This document shows, one piece after another, positions 45,553-54,589 of a stretch of 64,000 nucleotides of DNA. The translations under genes and the position numbers were made by a program. Every line of letters starts with the position of its first letter. Within the stretch, counting starts at the first letter, position 1. The notes under the pieces were generated by a model. It ran no database searches. It saw only the letters and a program-made list of their open reading frames with translations, and was not told where the DNA came from. Location of the stretch: positions 7,712,001 through 7,776,000 of the forward strand of contig JASGJH010000001.1 in NCBI GenBank assembly GCA_047601445.1, read 5' to 3'. This DNA is from Myxococcales bacterium. GTDB lineage: Bacteria; Myxococcota_A; Polyangia; Polyangiales; DASUME01.

Positions 45553-45881
45553 TAGCTGTTCATTCGCGGACTGCCGATACGAGCGCAGTGTTGGAGCTCT
45601 TGCAGCCGCTCATCGTCGATGCCGGGTACCCGTCGCCGGACGTCCTCCCAGCTGAGGAAGTGCCCGTACAAGGTCCGGTGCACCACGATGGCGCGGGCCT
45701 CGTACTCGCCGATGGATTCTATCTCCATGAGTTGTTCACGTGTCGCGTGGTTGAGGTCGATGCTTTGAGTGAGCGCCGCGTTGCCGTCTGCGCCGGGGGC
45801 CGTTTCGCCTTGCCATAGTGGACCGTGCCGTTTGCGGGACTGCTCCTGAGCATTGGCGCGATTTCTGTTCACGTTGTGCAT
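45552..45881 (-). CDS. Small ComEA-like helix-hairpin-helix DNA-binding protein
   Basis: GGAG RBS; IDLNHATREQLMEIESIGEYEARAIV..R..GHF.SWEDV..VPGI. Confidence 0.8.
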   Translation of the reverse strand: MHNVNRNRANAQEQSRKRHGPLWQGETAPGADGNAALTQSIDLNHATREQLMEIESIGEYEARAIVVHRTLYGHFLSWEDVRRRVPGIDDERLQELQHCARIGSPRMNS

Positions 45882-46127
45882 CGCTACTCCTAGGTGATGT
45901 CCATCAACTAACGCATTCGTCCAGTCGAACCGCCGGGCTCCCCTCCTTGTTCTGGGCTGCGCACCGAATTGCGCCGGCCCCGCCCGCGATCCGCTGCAAT
46001 GCGTCAGAAGTAGGCACCGCACGAGCCCATGCTCGTATGTTCTTGCGGACCCGCGAGCGCCTCAAACGGGGGCGTTCCTTTGACGCAGTCCGGAAACTCG
46101 GGCGACGTCACGTCGGGATACGGGAGC

Positions 46128-46883
46128 TCAGTCGAGTGAGCCGTCGCCGGTGATCGCCACGAGAGCGCGCGCGATCGAACCATGATCCCGCACCAGATCG
46201 TGCGGCCGGGCCTCGTGGAGCAAGCGTCCTCGGCTCACCATCCAGACCCAGTCGGCGCTCTCCTCGACATGCTTGAAATCACTGCACACCACGACCGCCG
46301 CCCCGCCCTGGGACCGGTGCTCCGCGAGGGCGCGCCACAACGTCTCCTGGGCAGCCTCGTCGAGGCCCACGAACGGTTCGTCGAGCAACCACAGGAGGGG
46401 GCTGTGCAGCATGCTGAGTGCCACGTGCAGTCGTTGCTGCACGCCGGCGGTCTCCGACTCCACCAAATCGTCCAGGGATTCCACCAGGCCGAGCTGGCGG
46501 GCAACACGCTCGATACGCGGCGCTCGGTCGGCCTCGGGCAGCTTGGCGATCGCCGCGAATAGGCTCAGGTGATCGTGGACGCTGAGATCGGGCGCTAGCT
46601 CCGGTCGCTGCGCGCAATAGCCGATGTTGTGGGCCCGCGCTTCGTTACTCTGCCCTAGCGAGAGCCCGTAGCGTATCAGCCCGGCCACCGGCATCAGCCG
46701 CCCCGCCAGCAGGCGCAGCAGGTCACTCTTGCCAGCTCCCTTCGCCCCCAACAGCGCGTAGATTTGGCCCGGTTGCACGCGCAGGCTCACGCGGGCGAGC
46801 GGCGCGTGGTCTTCGCGTCCTGGCACGAGCCGGGTGCTCACCTCTTCGAGTGTCACCACGGGCTCTGTCTCTGGCAGGCTCAC
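46128..46883 (-). CDS. ABC transporter ATP-binding protein (degenerate signature)
   Basis: GAKGAGKS, LLDEPFVGLD; signature ETAGVQQR; H-loop His absent. Confidence 0.8.
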   Translation of the reverse strand: MSLPETEPVVTLEEVSTRLVPGREDHAPLARVSLRVQPGQIYALLGAKGAGKSDLLRLLAGRLMPVAGLIRYGLSLGQSNEARAHNIGYCAQRPELAPDLSVHDHLSLFAAIAKLPEADRAPRIERVARQLGLVESLDDLVESETAGVQQRLHVALSMLHSPLLWLLDEPFVGLDEAAQETLWRALAEHRSQGGAAVVVCSDFKHVEESADWVWMVSRGRLLHEARPHDLVRDHGSIARALVAITGDGSLD

Positions 46884-46993
46884 GCGCTTCCGTTCCCCCT
46901 GGCGGCTGAGCGTGCCATTGCGTCACCACTGCTGGCAAGCAGGCGCGCCCACTCGGAGTGGTCCGGATCCATTCGTGCTGCTAGCTTGGCACG

Positions 46994-47827
46994 ATGCTTG
47001 ACGCGCTCGAAGTGGAGTTGAAGGCAGCCAAGGCGCTCGCGCTGGAGGCAGGCCGCATCCTGCTGTCCATTTACGCCAAGGACTTTTCGGTTGCCTACAA
47101 GGGCACGAACAACCCGGTCACCGAGGCCGACCAACAGGTCAACACGTTCCTGGTGCGCGAGTTGCGTCAGCGCTTCCCCGAAGACGGCATCGTCGCCGAG
47201 GAGACGGACGACCAGAGTGAGGCCCAGCACAAGCGGCGCTGCTGGTTCGTCGATCCGCTCGATGGCACCAAGGAGTTCATCGCCAAGAATGGCGAGTTTT
47301 CCGTGATGATCGGCCTGGCGGTCGATGGGGCCAGTCAGCTTGGGGTGGTGTATCAGCCATCCCTGGACAAGCTCTACGCCGGGGTCGTGGGACGCGGCGC
47401 CACGCTCACGCAGCAGGGCAGCGAGCGAGCTCTTCGCGTGAGCGAGCAGAGCGACCCGCGTGAGTTGCGCCTCGTGGTATCGCGTTCGCATCGCCCGGAG
47501 AGCATCGAGCAAATCATGCAAAGGCTCGGTGCCAGTCGCGAGATGCCAAGTGGCTCGGTGGGCGTGAAGGTGGGGCTCATCGCCGAGCAGAGCGCAGACC
47601 TCTACGTGCACGTATCGGACAAGAGCTCGCTCTGGGACGCTTGTGGGCCTGAGGCCATCTTGAAGGCTGCCGGCGGACGCTTCAGCCACGTGGATGGTTC
47701 CCAGGTGAACTACCGCGCGCGGGAGATGGCCAATCAGAAGGGCATTCTTGCCTGCAACAGCGCGAGCTACGCACCCGTCCTCGAGGCAGTGCGCGACGTC
47801 TCGCGCAGCATCGGCTTCATTCAGTAG
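46994..47827 (+). CDS. cysQ: 3'(2'),5'-bisphosphate nucleotidase
   Basis: PVTEAD, AEE, WFVDPLDGTKEFI, VSRSH, GSVGVK, WDACGPEAIL. Confidence 0.9.
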   Translation: MLDALEVELKAAKALALEAGRILLSIYAKDFSVAYKGTNNPVTEADQQVNTFLVRELRQRFPEDGIVAEETDDQSEAQHKRRCWFVDPLDGTKEFIAKNGEFSVMIGLAVDGASQLGVVYQPSLDKLYAGVVGRGATLTQQGSERALRVSEQSDPRELRLVVSRSHRPESIEQIMQRLGASREMPSGSVGVKVGLIAEQSADLYVHVSDKSSLWDACGPEAILKAAGGRFSHVDGSQVNYRAREMANQKGILACNSASYAPVLEAVRDVSRSIGFIQ

Positions 47828-47853
47828 CTGGGCGGATTCCCGCGAGCACACGC

Positions 47854-47935
47854 GTGAGCGTAGCGAACCTCGCTGTGGGGTGGGTCCCGACGCAGCTTTG
47901 CTGCGACGGGCAGGGAGGTCGCGTGACCTCCCCGT
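47854..47935. repeat. Intergenic multi-hairpin repeat, copy 2 (opposite orientation)
   Basis: Reverse complement reads ACGGGGAGGTCACGCGACCTCCC..CGCAGCAAAGCTGCG..CCCCACAGCGAGGTTCGCTACGCTCAC. Confidence 0.85.
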
Positions 47936-47939
47936 TCAA

Positions 47940-48608
47940 TTAATTCAGATCGGCGCGGCGGGTGTTGCGACCGCGGCCCTTGCCCACTAGCTGCAAGGTC
48001 GGCGGCTTGAGCGCGGACAAGTTGGGCTGAAACGCCTTGCCTGGCCGACGCTCCTTGAGCCACAGCATCGCCTCTTTCAGCATCAGCTTGTTGGAGATGG
48101 CGAGTTGCTGCGTGAGATCGGTGAGGTCGAGCGTGGAGAACAGCGTATCGCCGAGCGCGAACGGAAACATGCTCGGGACGTTGCCGCGCGCATACTCGAG
48201 CAGCCATGCACCCGGCCGCAGCTTGGAACCGTTGGCGACTCCGGGCTGGAGGCACGCGAGATCTCCGGCGCGATGTACCTGGCGATCGAACCTACCCGCC
48301 TGGTAGGTCCACAATTCGCCGCTCATCACGGCGTCATAGACCGTGGCGCGGTGGCGTCCGCTGTGACCTTCGCTGCCGATGGCCGTGCCGCAGAACAGCA
48401 AGTACTCGTTGAGGCTCACGTGCAGCGGGCTGACGGAGCACATGATCCCGCCCGCGGTGCTCCACATCCAGGGCTGCCCCGGATTCACGTGGTCACCGTA
48501 GATTTTCTTGAGTGTCTGCGAGATCGCCTCGACCTGTTCCTCGACGGGCAAATCCAGGTGCATGCGCACCACTTGAGCGAGAACTTCAGGGTCGAACAGG
48601 TAGCGCAT
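47940..48608 (-). CDS. ERG2/sigma-1 receptor family protein (C-8 sterol isomerase-like)
   Basis: YLFDPE, WMWSTAGG, LHVSLNEYLLFCGTAIGSEGHSGRH, WLLEYARGNVPSMFPFALGDTLFSTLD. Confidence 0.88.
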   Translation of the reverse strand: MRYLFDPEVLAQVVRMHLDLPVEEQVEAISQTLKKIYGDHVNPGQPWMWSTAGGIMCSVSPLHVSLNEYLLFCGTAIGSEGHSGRHRATVYDAVMSGELWTYQAGRFDRQVHRAGDLACLQPGVANGSKLRPGAWLLEYARGNVPSMFPFALGDTLFSTLDLTDLTQQLAISNKLMLKEAMLWLKERRPGKAFQPNLSALKPPTLQLVGKGRGRNTRRADLN

Positions 48609-48772
48609 AGGTAAGGATTCCCTACCCCAAAGCGGTGCCCCTCGTCCAGTGCCCTAGGTCCAGCTCAGCGTGTCATGTGTAACAGGGTGAGCGCGCTGTC
48701 CGCGCAGCCACGTGCCGACGCCGAGCGAGCTCGAACTGTTCGGCACACTTCGGCAGCACTGGCGGCCGAGGG

Positions 48773-50113
48773 TCAGTCCGGCTGGAAGACTCGGTTTTGA
48801 GTGCGATCGTCGTCATAGAACCGCTGGCTCCGATCGAAGGTCGCCGCGCCGAACGCGTTGACCGCTACCGCGAAGACCAGGCACGCATAGAAACCCACGC
48901 GAAAGCGCCGCGCCCCCAGCGCCAGCAAGACGAACATGAAGGCCATGTAGTCGAGCGCGAAGCGATAGCCGAACTGAACCCAGCCGCTGTTCTGGTAACA
49001 CAGGTTGGCGAGACCCACCGCAGCCACCGCCAGGATGAGCCCCACCATGCGCGCGTCCACGCGCTTGGGCCACAGCAGCCAGAGCAGAGCTGGTGTGGTG
49101 AACCACAGTGCGAGCCCGTGTCGACTGATGGTCACGTAGGGCGGGGTGTCGGAAAGCCAGGGCAGGCTCGCCAGGAACACCGCCAGGTTCTTGCTGAAGT
49201 AGTGGTAGTGAAACAGTCCCCAGCGGTCGATGCGCCCCTTCCAACGGATTTGGAGGTACTCGTGTCCAAACACGAAGGGATCGCCGAAACGCGCCGCGTT
49301 GAACCAGAGGTAAAGCCCGAAGAGTGCCGCCATCGGCAGAGCGAACAGGACCAGGCGAGGTAGGGCTGCCTTGAAGTCGGTGGCGAGCACCCAGCGCATG
49401 GCTCGCGTGAGCGGGTGGGGCACGTCGCTATCCGCGGCGTTGCTGCCGATCTCGGTGGGCGCGTGGCCGGCTCTCTGATGGGCCCGCAGCAACTCGACCA
49501 CGAAGAAGGAGCCCGCTAGCAGGGTCGTCGGGCGACAGCCCCAGGCGAGCCCGAGGCACAGCCCTGCCAACAACGGATGGGCAGCATCCAAGCTCGCGAG
49601 CACGAACAGCAAGAGCAGCACGGACGCCACCACATGGGCCGAGAACCAGACGCTGCCCTGCACGCTCGTGTAGAAGAACACGGTGCCGAAGGCGAAGAGC
49701 CCGGTCAGGACCAGGTTCTCGCGCCGCCCACGCGGGCTATCCCCGCGCCGAGATAGGCGCTCCAGCAGCACGAACAGCAAGGCCGGGGCTACCCCCGCCA
49801 GGATTGCCCAAATTAGCCGGTCCGGGGTCGCCAGGTCCCAAATGGCCACGGCGGGCAAGAGCACCAGCGCCGGCACGGGGGGAAATGTGACGTACCAAGT
49901 GCCGTTGTAGAGCGCCCAGTCGTTGTTGCCCGGGGGCCGGTTCCCGACCACCGAGAGCTGGCCATTCAAGAAGCTGCGGGCCAGGTGGACATAGTGGTTG
50001 TTGGGGGAGGGGCTGAGCGGTGCTTCACCCAAAAAAAGCACGTACACGCAGGCGCAGACGAGAAAGATGGCGACTGGCAAGGCGGCACGGCGGGCCATGG
50101 GTGGGCGCAGCAT
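48773..50113 (-). CDS. Polytopic membrane protein, GT-C glycosyltransferase-like
   Basis: About 10 hydrophobic segments, N-terminal loop (LARSFLNGQL..DWALYNG.WY..FPP), CRP, GYRFALD; start 50113 or 50098. Confidence 0.6.
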   Translation of the reverse strand: MLRPPMARRAALPVAIFLVCACVYVLFLGEAPLSPSPNNHYVHLARSFLNGQLSVVGNRPPGNNDWALYNGTWYVTFPPVPALVLLPAVAIWDLATPDRLIWAILAGVAPALLFVLLERLSRRGDSPRGRRENLVLTGLFAFGTVFFYTSVQGSVWFSAHVVASVLLLLFVLASLDAAHPLLAGLCLGLAWGCRPTTLLAGSFFVVELLRAHQRAGHAPTEIGSNAADSDVPHPLTRAMRWVLATDFKAALPRLVLFALPMAALFGLYLWFNAARFGDPFVFGHEYLQIRWKGRIDRWGLFHYHYFSKNLAVFLASLPWLSDTPPYVTISRHGLALWFTTPALLWLLWPKRVDARMVGLILAVAAVGLANLCYQNSGWVQFGYRFALDYMAFMFVLLALGARRFRVGFYACLVFAVAVNAFGAATFDRSQRFYDDDRTQNRVFQPD

Positions 50114-50193
50114 AGCCGAGGGGCAGAAGGCAGTGCTTCTTTTGGCGATTCATCGGGAGGGCACGAGCCCTCCCGCCCAGCGCGGCTTTGTTC

Positions 50194-50313
50194 ACGGGGA
50201 GGTCACGCGACCTCCCCACCGGTCGCCGCGAGGCTGCGCGGCTCCCGCCCCACCGCGAGTTCGCCGCGCTCACCGCGCTGGGCCCCACCCACCGCGAGGT
50301 TCGCTGCGCTCAC
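50194..50313. repeat. Intergenic multi-hairpin repeat, copy 3
   Basis: ACGGGGAGGTCACGCGACCTCCC identical to copy 2; right module CCACCGCGAG(G)TTCGCYGCGCTCAC duplicated. Confidence 0.85.
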
Positions 50314-50447
50314 CCGGCAGCTTGGCTTCAACGTTTGGCGGTTCTCGGGCCACAGCCCGTGCCCTTCCTTGACCGTGCCCGAGCGCCGCCTTATCCCATC
50401 GCTCAGCCGCGCGCGTCGCCTGCGGCATCCAAGGAGTTTGCCTCGTC

Positions 50448-51554
50448 ATGTCTGCGCTCACGCGCGAAGCGGTCCTCGAAGCCCTGGCCAAGGTCGAAGA
50501 CCCCGCCTTTAACCGTTCCATGCTGGAACTCGGCACCCTCCTCGACGTGGTGGTCGAGAACGGCAGCGTGCGGGCCAGCGTGCGATTGTCAGCGCCCAGC
50601 GACGAGCTCCAGCTCACGATTCGAGAGCGTATCCACAAGGCGCTCGCGCCCCTCGGCGTGGACCAGGTGATCCTCGACTGGGACCTCCAGGTCTCCATGC
50701 GCGACGTGGGTCCCGAGGACCCCATCCCCCACGTGCGCAACGTGGTTCTGGTGATGAGCGGCAAGGGCGGCGTGGGCAAGAGCACCACGGCGGTGAACCT
50801 GGCGCTGGCCCTCAAGCGCGCCGGCGCGCGCGTGGGGTTGCTCGACGCGGATATTTACGGTCCTTCCATCCCGACCATGTTCGGCATCCAGGGCTTCCCC
50901 ACCAGCGAAGACGGCAAGACCATCGAGCCGCTCGAGCGCTTCGGCATCAAGCTGATGAGCATCGGCTTCCTGATGGAGGACACCAAGGCCGCCATCGTCT
51001 GGCGTGGTCCCATGCTGCACGGCGCGCTCCAGCAGTTCTTGGGCGACGTGCACTGGGGTGAGCTCGACTACCTGGTGCTCGACCTGCCGCCGGGCACGGG
51101 CGACGTGGCGTTGAGTCTGGCGCAGAAGATGAAGGTGACGGGCGCCGTCATCGTGACGACACCCCAAGAGGTGGCGTTGCAGGACGTCTACAAGAGCGTC
51201 TCCATGTGCGAGAAACTCAACCTGCCCATCCTCGGCGTGGTCGAGAACATGAGCTACTTCGTGGATCCTGCTGGCCTCAAGCACCACCTGTTCGGTGAGG
51301 GGGGTGGTCAGCGTGTGGCCGAGTTCTCGAAGGCTCCACTGCTTGGCCACGTGCCGCTCGAGCCCAAGGTCCGCGAGTGGGGCGATAACGGCACGCCCAT
51401 CGTGCAGGCCGTTCCCAACAGCGAATCGGCTCAGGCTTTCTCGCGCATCGCCGACAAGCTCACCGCGCTGATCGCGCAGCGCCACTTCGCGCGCGCCGGC
51501 GGAGACAAGCTGCCCAGCAGCAGCGGCCCGCGTCGCCTCAAGATCGTGAGGTAG
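50448..51554 (+). CDS. apbC: Mrp/ApbC/NBP35 Fe-S cluster carrier ATPase
   Basis: N-terminal DUF59-like part, SGKGGVGKST, DADIYGPS, WRGPM, DLPPGTGD, VTTPQ, GVVENMS. Confidence 0.92.
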   Translation: MSALTREAVLEALAKVEDPAFNRSMLELGTLLDVVVENGSVRASVRLSAPSDELQLTIRERIHKALAPLGVDQVILDWDLQVSMRDVGPEDPIPHVRNVVLVMSGKGGVGKSTTAVNLALALKRAGARVGLLDADIYGPSIPTMFGIQGFPTSEDGKTIEPLERFGIKLMSIGFLMEDTKAAIVWRGPMLHGALQQFLGDVHWGELDYLVLDLPPGTGDVALSLAQKMKVTGAVIVTTPQEVALQDVYKSVSMCEKLNLPILGVVENMSYFVDPAGLKHHLFGEGGGQRVAEFSKAPLLGHVPLEPKVREWGDNGTPIVQAVPNSESAQAFSRIADKLTALIAQRHFARAGGDKLPSSSGPRRLKIVR

Positions 51555-51556
51555 GC

Positions 51557-51988
51557 TCAGCTGGGTGGCGGTTGGAGCGTGGGCTGATCGCGTCGGCCGC
51601 TGCGCGCCGCCCGGGCGCCGCCTACCAGCACGAAACTCCCGGGGCCGGCGTCGAGGGCCAGGTAGATCATTCCGTGGGGTCCCACCCAGCAGCTGGCGTG
51701 TTCACCCCGCAGGCCGCTCGGGAACCCGTGTTCCCCTGCGCTGCCGGCAAATGTAGGCTCACCGCGTAATTCACGTACACCTGCCACAGCCCGCGCATAG
51801 CGCTGCTCGTACTCTTCGCGCAGCACAAGAAAATCATCGTTTTCCGCGCTCACGGCCTGGGCGAGCTGGATCTCTGCGCCGCCTTCGTCTGCGGTGAGCA
51901 GGAGGTCCTCGAGCAGCTCGGCGAGTGGCCTGATCTCCACGGAGGCCCAGAGCTTAGCAATTCGAAACTTCCGTTCGGGCCGTCTCAC
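51557..51988 (-). CDS. Hypothetical protein
   Basis: ORF filling the gap between apbC and the next gene; no recognised motif; start uncertain. Confidence 0.4.
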   Translation of the reverse strand: MRRPERKFRIAKLWASVEIRPLAELLEDLLLTADEGGAEIQLAQAVSAENDDFLVLREEYEQRYARAVAGVRELRGEPTFAGSAGEHGFPSGLRGEHASCWVGPHGMIYLALDAGPGSFVLVGGARAARSGRRDQPTLQPPPS

Positions 51989-52118
51989 GCCCGCTTGGTG
52001 GGCTCGCTTGCAGATGTCATACGAGGTCTTCGCCTTGGGCTAGCTAACGACCCCTTCCGGTCAGGTGGGTGATAACCTGTTCTCCCTGGATCGGTATGCT
52101 AAAAGCCGAAACCGAGGC

Positions 52119-52853
52119 ATGGGCGTGACTTCAGCAATCCAGCGCAAGCTCGACCCGGAGGGCATTGCCACAAAGGTCGTGGTTCGCCTGATCGAAGAGC
52201 TTGCGTGCGTGTCCATCACGCCCGACAGCCCGGCTTGGCAAGACCTCATCGCGCAAGGCAAGCGAGTCGGCGAGCTGCGTGTCTATCGCGGTCGCGGTCG
52301 CGTGCAGAAGATCGTGTGCACCAGCTTCAGCGTCGGCAATCCCGCCGTCGACTCGCAGAGCGTCATCGTGTTGACGGATCCTTCGAGTCCGGTGCCACAC
52401 CTGGTGCTCGACACCATGCACGTGGGTCCGCGCGTGAGCTTGCATCTCGACCTACTGCCCAAGCGCGACCTGGGCGTGTCGCTCGGCTACCTCGATCGCT
52501 GCTACGTCCCCCTCAGCGAGGTGCGCGGCGATCTCGACGCCGACGAGCGTTTCTCCGCGGCGCAGCTCTCGCGTCGCCTGCGTTCCTTGCTCTCACCGTG
52601 GAACGTGGCGCATACGGTGGACGTGTCCGACCTCGACGCGGCGGGCGCCTACGTCGATCGCTACGTGAGCCACTGGGCCGCGTTGATCAAGAGCGACGCC
52701 CCGGAGCTTCAGTCCGCGCCCGAGATCGCCTCGCGCGACGTTCAGCATCGGCGGCTCCTCTTCAGTCGTGGCGTGGACCCGGTCTGGGACGTGCTCGACC
52801 GCCTGCTCGACCGCAACGCCGTGGACATGCTGATCTCCGCGCTATCCGGCTGA
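52119..52853 (+). CDS. RCCR / ferredoxin-dependent bilin reductase-like protein
   Basis: TDPSSPVPHLVLD, LHLDLLPKRDLGVSLGYLDRCY, LRSLLSPW, YVSHW, ASRD; start uncertain (52065-52125). Confidence 0.62.
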   Translation: MGVTSAIQRKLDPEGIATKVVVRLIEELACVSITPDSPAWQDLIAQGKRVGELRVYRGRGRVQKIVCTSFSVGNPAVDSQSVIVLTDPSSPVPHLVLDTMHVGPRVSLHLDLLPKRDLGVSLGYLDRCYVPLSEVRGDLDADERFSAAQLSRRLRSLLSPWNVAHTVDVSDLDAAGAYVDRYVSHWAALIKSDAPELQSAPEIASRDVQHRRLLFSRGVDPVWDVLDRLLDRNAVDMLISALSG

Positions 52854-52934
52854 GCTCGGGTCGAACCCGTACGGTCGCGCCAATCAGCGCCCACTTGCGC
52901 TCGCCTCTTTCCGCGCGAGCGGTAGAGTGAGCCC

Positions 52935-53354
52935 ATGCGACAGGTGCAACGCAGCTTCACCGTGGACACACGCGGCAAGGGCCTCTACGACGTGACCCAG
53001 GAGGTGGCGCGTGTGGTCGCGGAGAGCGACATCGGGCTCGGACTCGCCACCGTGTTCATCGCCCACACCTCGGCCAGCCTGTTGATCCAGGAGAATGCCG
53101 ACGTGGAGGTGCAGCGCGACCTCGAGCGCTTCTTCGCGCGCCTCGTGCCCGACGGCGACCCGCTGTTCTTGCACGTGGAGGAAGGGCCCGACGACATGCC
53201 CGCCCACGTTCGCGCGGCGCTGACGCAGACCTCGATCGGCATCCCGCTGCGCGAGGGCAAGCTGGCACTCGGCGTGTGGCAGGGGCTCTACGTGTTCGAA
53301 CACCGCAATCGGCCGCACCAGCGCAAGCTCATCGTGCACGTGGTGGGCGAGTAA
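52935..53354 (+). CDS. yjbQ: YjbQ/UPF0047 family protein
   Basis: HTSASLLIQENAD, EGPDDMPAH, LALGVWQGLYVFEHR. Confidence 0.92.
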   Translation: MRQVQRSFTVDTRGKGLYDVTQEVARVVAESDIGLGLATVFIAHTSASLLIQENADVEVQRDLERFFARLVPDGDPLFLHVEEGPDDMPAHVRAALTQTSIGIPLREGKLALGVWQGLYVFEHRNRPHQRKLIVHVVGE

Positions 53355-53363
53355 GCGCTCAGC

Positions 53364-54530
53364 TCAACCGACCTCGCGGGCCACGTGCTGCGTCAGTCGC
53401 GCCACGCCCTCGCTGAAGTGCGCGTCCTCGGTGATCAGGCTCAACACGAGGTGCGTGCCGCGCGTGAGATCGTAGAAGAAGCCAGGTTGCACCAGGACGC
53501 CCTCCCGCTCGAGCAGGGAGATGGCCCACTCTTCGTCGGTGTGGAGCGCGGGCACGCGAACGATGCCGTACCAGCCGCCCTCCACACCGAGCACGTCGAG
53601 CGTGCTGTGCTCGCAGGCCTTCGTGAGCTGCGCGAGATTGCGTCGGGTCCGCGCCGCCACGCGTTCGCGCGCTGCGCTGCCGTGTCGGAGCAGGCTGGGA
53701 AGGGCGAGTTGCACAGGGGTGGCCACCGAGAGGTAACTGTCTGCGATGTGCTGTAGGCGCTCGCAGGCCTCGGCTGCGCCCGGGCCGGCGATGGCCGTCC
53801 ACGCCAGTTTGAGCTGCGGCAGCGCCACCGACTTGCTCAGACCTCCGAGCCGGAACACCAACGCGCGCTCACTCACTTCGAGCGCCGAGTGTGCCCGGCG
53901 CGGGTCCGCCGTGAATGCGTACTCCGCGAAGACCTCGTCGCTGATCAGCGGGAGCTGCAGGCTGGCGAGCTCTTGCAACTCGTCGCGCTTGAGGAAGGAG
54001 CCGGTGGGATTGTTCGGATGCACAAGCAAGATAGCGCGTGAGCGTGCATCGAGGGCAGCGCGCACGCTGGCCAAGTCCACGTGCCACTCGCCATCGTAGG
54101 CCAGCTGGTAGGGGCGCAGCTGCACGCCCTCCAGGGAGGCCAGGACGTCGAACAGCGGATAGCTGGGGGAGGGCACCAGCACGTTGTCACCGGCATCGCA
54201 CAAGAGCTTGAACAGAAAGCCGTAGGCTTCGCTGGTGCTCGCCGTGAGCATCAAGCGTTCTGCCGGCACCTCGAGCCCACTCGAGGCTAGATGTGCACTC
54301 AAGGCCCCGCGCACCGCGAGCAGGCCGAACGGGTCGGGCTGATATTCGGCGATGCCCGGGTGCGTGAGCGCGTGCGCCAGCTCCGCGTGGGGCCAGGCGA
54401 GTCCCACGCTCGTGGGATTGCTCTCGGCCAGGCTCAGCACGGGCCGGCCCTCGGCGCGCCGCCGGTCCAGGGCCTGCGTGAGCGCGTTGGTTTCGGTGCC
54501 GAGCGTCGAGCGGTGTGAGAAGCCCTGCAT
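53364..54530 (-). CDS. Class I/II PLP-dependent aminotransferase
   Basis: LTASTSEAY, PSYPLF, HPNNPTG, ISDEVF, GGLSKS. Confidence 0.9.
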   Translation of the reverse strand: MQGFSHRSTLGTETNALTQALDRRRAEGRPVLSLAESNPTSVGLAWPHAELAHALTHPGIAEYQPDPFGLLAVRGALSAHLASSGLEVPAERLMLTASTSEAYGFLFKLLCDAGDNVLVPSPSYPLFDVLASLEGVQLRPYQLAYDGEWHVDLASVRAALDARSRAILLVHPNNPTGSFLKRDELQELASLQLPLISDEVFAEYAFTADPRRAHSALEVSERALVFRLGGLSKSVALPQLKLAWTAIAGPGAAEACERLQHIADSYLSVATPVQLALPSLLRHGSAARERVAARTRRNLAQLTKACEHSTLDVLGVEGGWYGIVRVPALHTDEEWAISLLEREGVLVQPGFFYDLTRGTHLVLSLITEDAHFSEGVARLTQHVAREVG

Positions 54531-54589
54531 GGGTCAGACCTAGATCGGATTTCTGCCCCAGGCACGCGCTACACTGGTCCGAGTTCTTC

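Noticed and set aside
46987..47003. Sigma54-like TTGGCACG at cysQ
   Set aside because: The -12 position reads GA rather than GC and the motif overlaps the start codon
35500..50313. Palindromic repeats as a CRISPR array
   Set aside because: Copies are kilobases apart, in both orientations, with no spacers and no cas genes
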